Virus record (IMG/VR): IMGVR_UViG_3300036781_000418
Location: 62,001 to 126,000 of that record
Direction: 5' to 3' (one strand)
DNA length: 64,000 bases
A model generated the notes under the pieces. That model worked only from the letters and a program-made list of their open reading frames with translations. It did not search any database and was not told the origin of the DNA. Each line of letters opens with the position of its first letter. Within the stretch, counting starts at the first letter, position 1. The position numbers and the translations under genes are program-made. Shown here in pieces: positions 62,819 through 64,000 of the stretch.

Positions 62819-64000
62819 ATGGCGGATACCAACGAAATTGAAGCCCTAAAAACGCTTCAGCGGATCGAGAAGCTGCTGCGTTCGAACTCGGCTACGTCCA
62901 GCGCTCCAGCCGCCGAACGGCTGTCCGCAAAACGACTCCCTGGCGGCGCGAACAACGACACCATGAAGGACGCGGCGGACGCGAACAAGACCCTGCGTGC
63001 CGTGGCTGGAGCGTCCAAGAAGCTGAACGCCACGACGATCGCGCTAACGGACTCATTTAAGTCCCTCAACACCGACATTCGTCGTGCCTCGGTTGGCATT
63101 GGTACGTTCACAAGCCAGCTGTCTAAGGCGTTGTCCGCCCTGAAGGGCGAGGTTGCTGGAAAGCCGGCCGAGCAGGCTGAGGTCGTTGGAACTGAGAAGC
63201 CGCTGACTGAACTTGGTGACATGCTCGTCGCCACGACCAAGAACTTTAGCAACCTAAACTCGGAGCTGGAGAAGCTGGTTGGTAACTACGCTAGGCAGGC
63301 GGGCGTTGGCTCTGGTCCAGCCCCACTGCTTGGTGCAATTCCACGTGCTCCTGGCCCAGCACCCGCCCCAGCACCGGCTCCAGGGAAGGTCCCCGGTGCC
63401 CTCCAACAGACCCCGGTGTTGAGCACCATTGGAACGTTCCTTAAGGGGCTCTCGACCTCAACGGTTGGTCTCTACAGTATGACGGAGGTGCTTGGTAAGC
63501 TGTGGAAGGTCACGCAGCAGGTCACCGGTGACTTCTTCGCTCTATCCAAGGTTGGCCTCGGTTCAGCTGGAAACTTGCAGACGTTGTACGTGAACGCCGC
63601 CAAGGCGGGCATGTCGCTGGCTGACTACTCCAAGCTCCTCCAGAACAACGTGTCCTTGGCCGCACGGGCTGGATCACTGAACAACTTTGACAAGCTAACG
63701 TCCGCCGCCGACAAGCAGCTTGCCCAGCTTGGCGTCTTCGGTGAGGACGCCAAGAACCTGCAGGCCACGCTGCTGAACACGGCCACGCTGGCCGGGGTTC
63801 CACAGGCCCAGTTTGCCGACGTCCTGAACGATCAAATTTCAACGTTCGACAAGCTCCGTAAGGTCACCAACCTGACCGCCTCAGAGTTCGCCGACCTTGT
63901 TACGACGGTCTCACAGTCTGATCAAGCCCAAAAGGAGTTGGTTGGTCTCGCCCCAGATGAACGGGCTGCACGTCAAAGCCAGCTCGTTGAGCTGGCCGCC
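62819..64000 (+). CDS. Tape-measure-like protein, N-terminal part (>394 aa, runs off the window end)
   Basis: ATG at 62819 (MADTNEIEALKTLQRIEKLL...), open to the window end. Ala/Leu/Gly-rich helical composition and a Pro-Ala linker. Adjacent to the gp26-like chaperone. Confidence 0.75.
   Translation, partial: MADTNEIEALKTLQRIEKLLRSNSATSSAPAAERLSAKRLPGGANNDTMKDAADANKTLRAVAGASKKLNATTIALTDSFKSLNTDIRRASVGIGTFTSQLSKALSALKGEVAGKPAEQAEVVGTEKPLTELGDMLVATTKNFSNLNSELEKLVGNYARQAGVGSGPAPLLGAIPRAPGPAPAPAPAPGKVPGALQQTPVLSTIGTFLKGLSTSTVGLYSMTEVLGKLWKVTQQVTGDFFALSKVGLGSAGNLQTLYVNAAKAGMSLADYSKLLQNNVSLAARAGSLNNFDKLTSAADKQLAQLGVFGEDAKNLQATLLNTATLAGVPQAQFADVLNDQISTFDKLRKVTNLTASEFADLVTTVSQSDQAQKELVGLAPDERAARQSQLVELAA

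Noticed and set aside
63340-63395. Pro-Ala repeat (APGPAPAPAPAPG) as a special repeat element
   Set aside because: It is an ordinary low-complexity linker within the tape-measure-like protein.
1-64000. tRNA or rRNA genes, and portal, major capsid or large terminase genes
   Set aside because: No cloverleaf or rRNA-like segment was seen in the short intergenic gaps, and no ORF shows these protein signatures. They presumably lie elsewhere in the genome.

Overview
This 64-kb window is a GC-rich segment of a T4-related jumbo myovirus genome and covers most of the neck, tail and baseplate module. It contains two giant virion proteins, gp6-, gp25-, gp5-, gp53-, gp48- and gp54-like baseplate parts, tail sheath and tube, gp13/gp14/gp15 neck and tail-completion proteins, gp4, a gp26-like chaperone and the start of a divergent tape-measure-like gene. 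It also contains the gp55 late sigma factor, gp47/gp46 nuclease, a Holliday junction resolvase, two free-standing GIY-YIG homing endonucleases and metabolic genes (CoaE-CoaD fusion, MazG-like, cytidylyltransferase-like, amidoligase, HslV-like). No tRNA, rRNA or CRISPR array was seen. All family assignments are from motif recognition by eye; no searches were run. The most striking unexplained structure is as follows. (1) About 22 proteins share an MKLxx(L/F)xE N-terminus resembling the T4 capsid-targeting sequence and form tandem, highly diverged paralog arrays, including five LRR-like proteins with a shared C-terminal motif. (2) A TnpB-like REC/WED-only ORF and a minimal PolA-fold ORF are directly followed by a structured non-coding element whose 34-nt core recurs three times in the window. 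(3) Several TAAATA late promoters sit in or next to hairpins. (4) A candidate -1 frameshift site lies at the end of the gp26-like gene.
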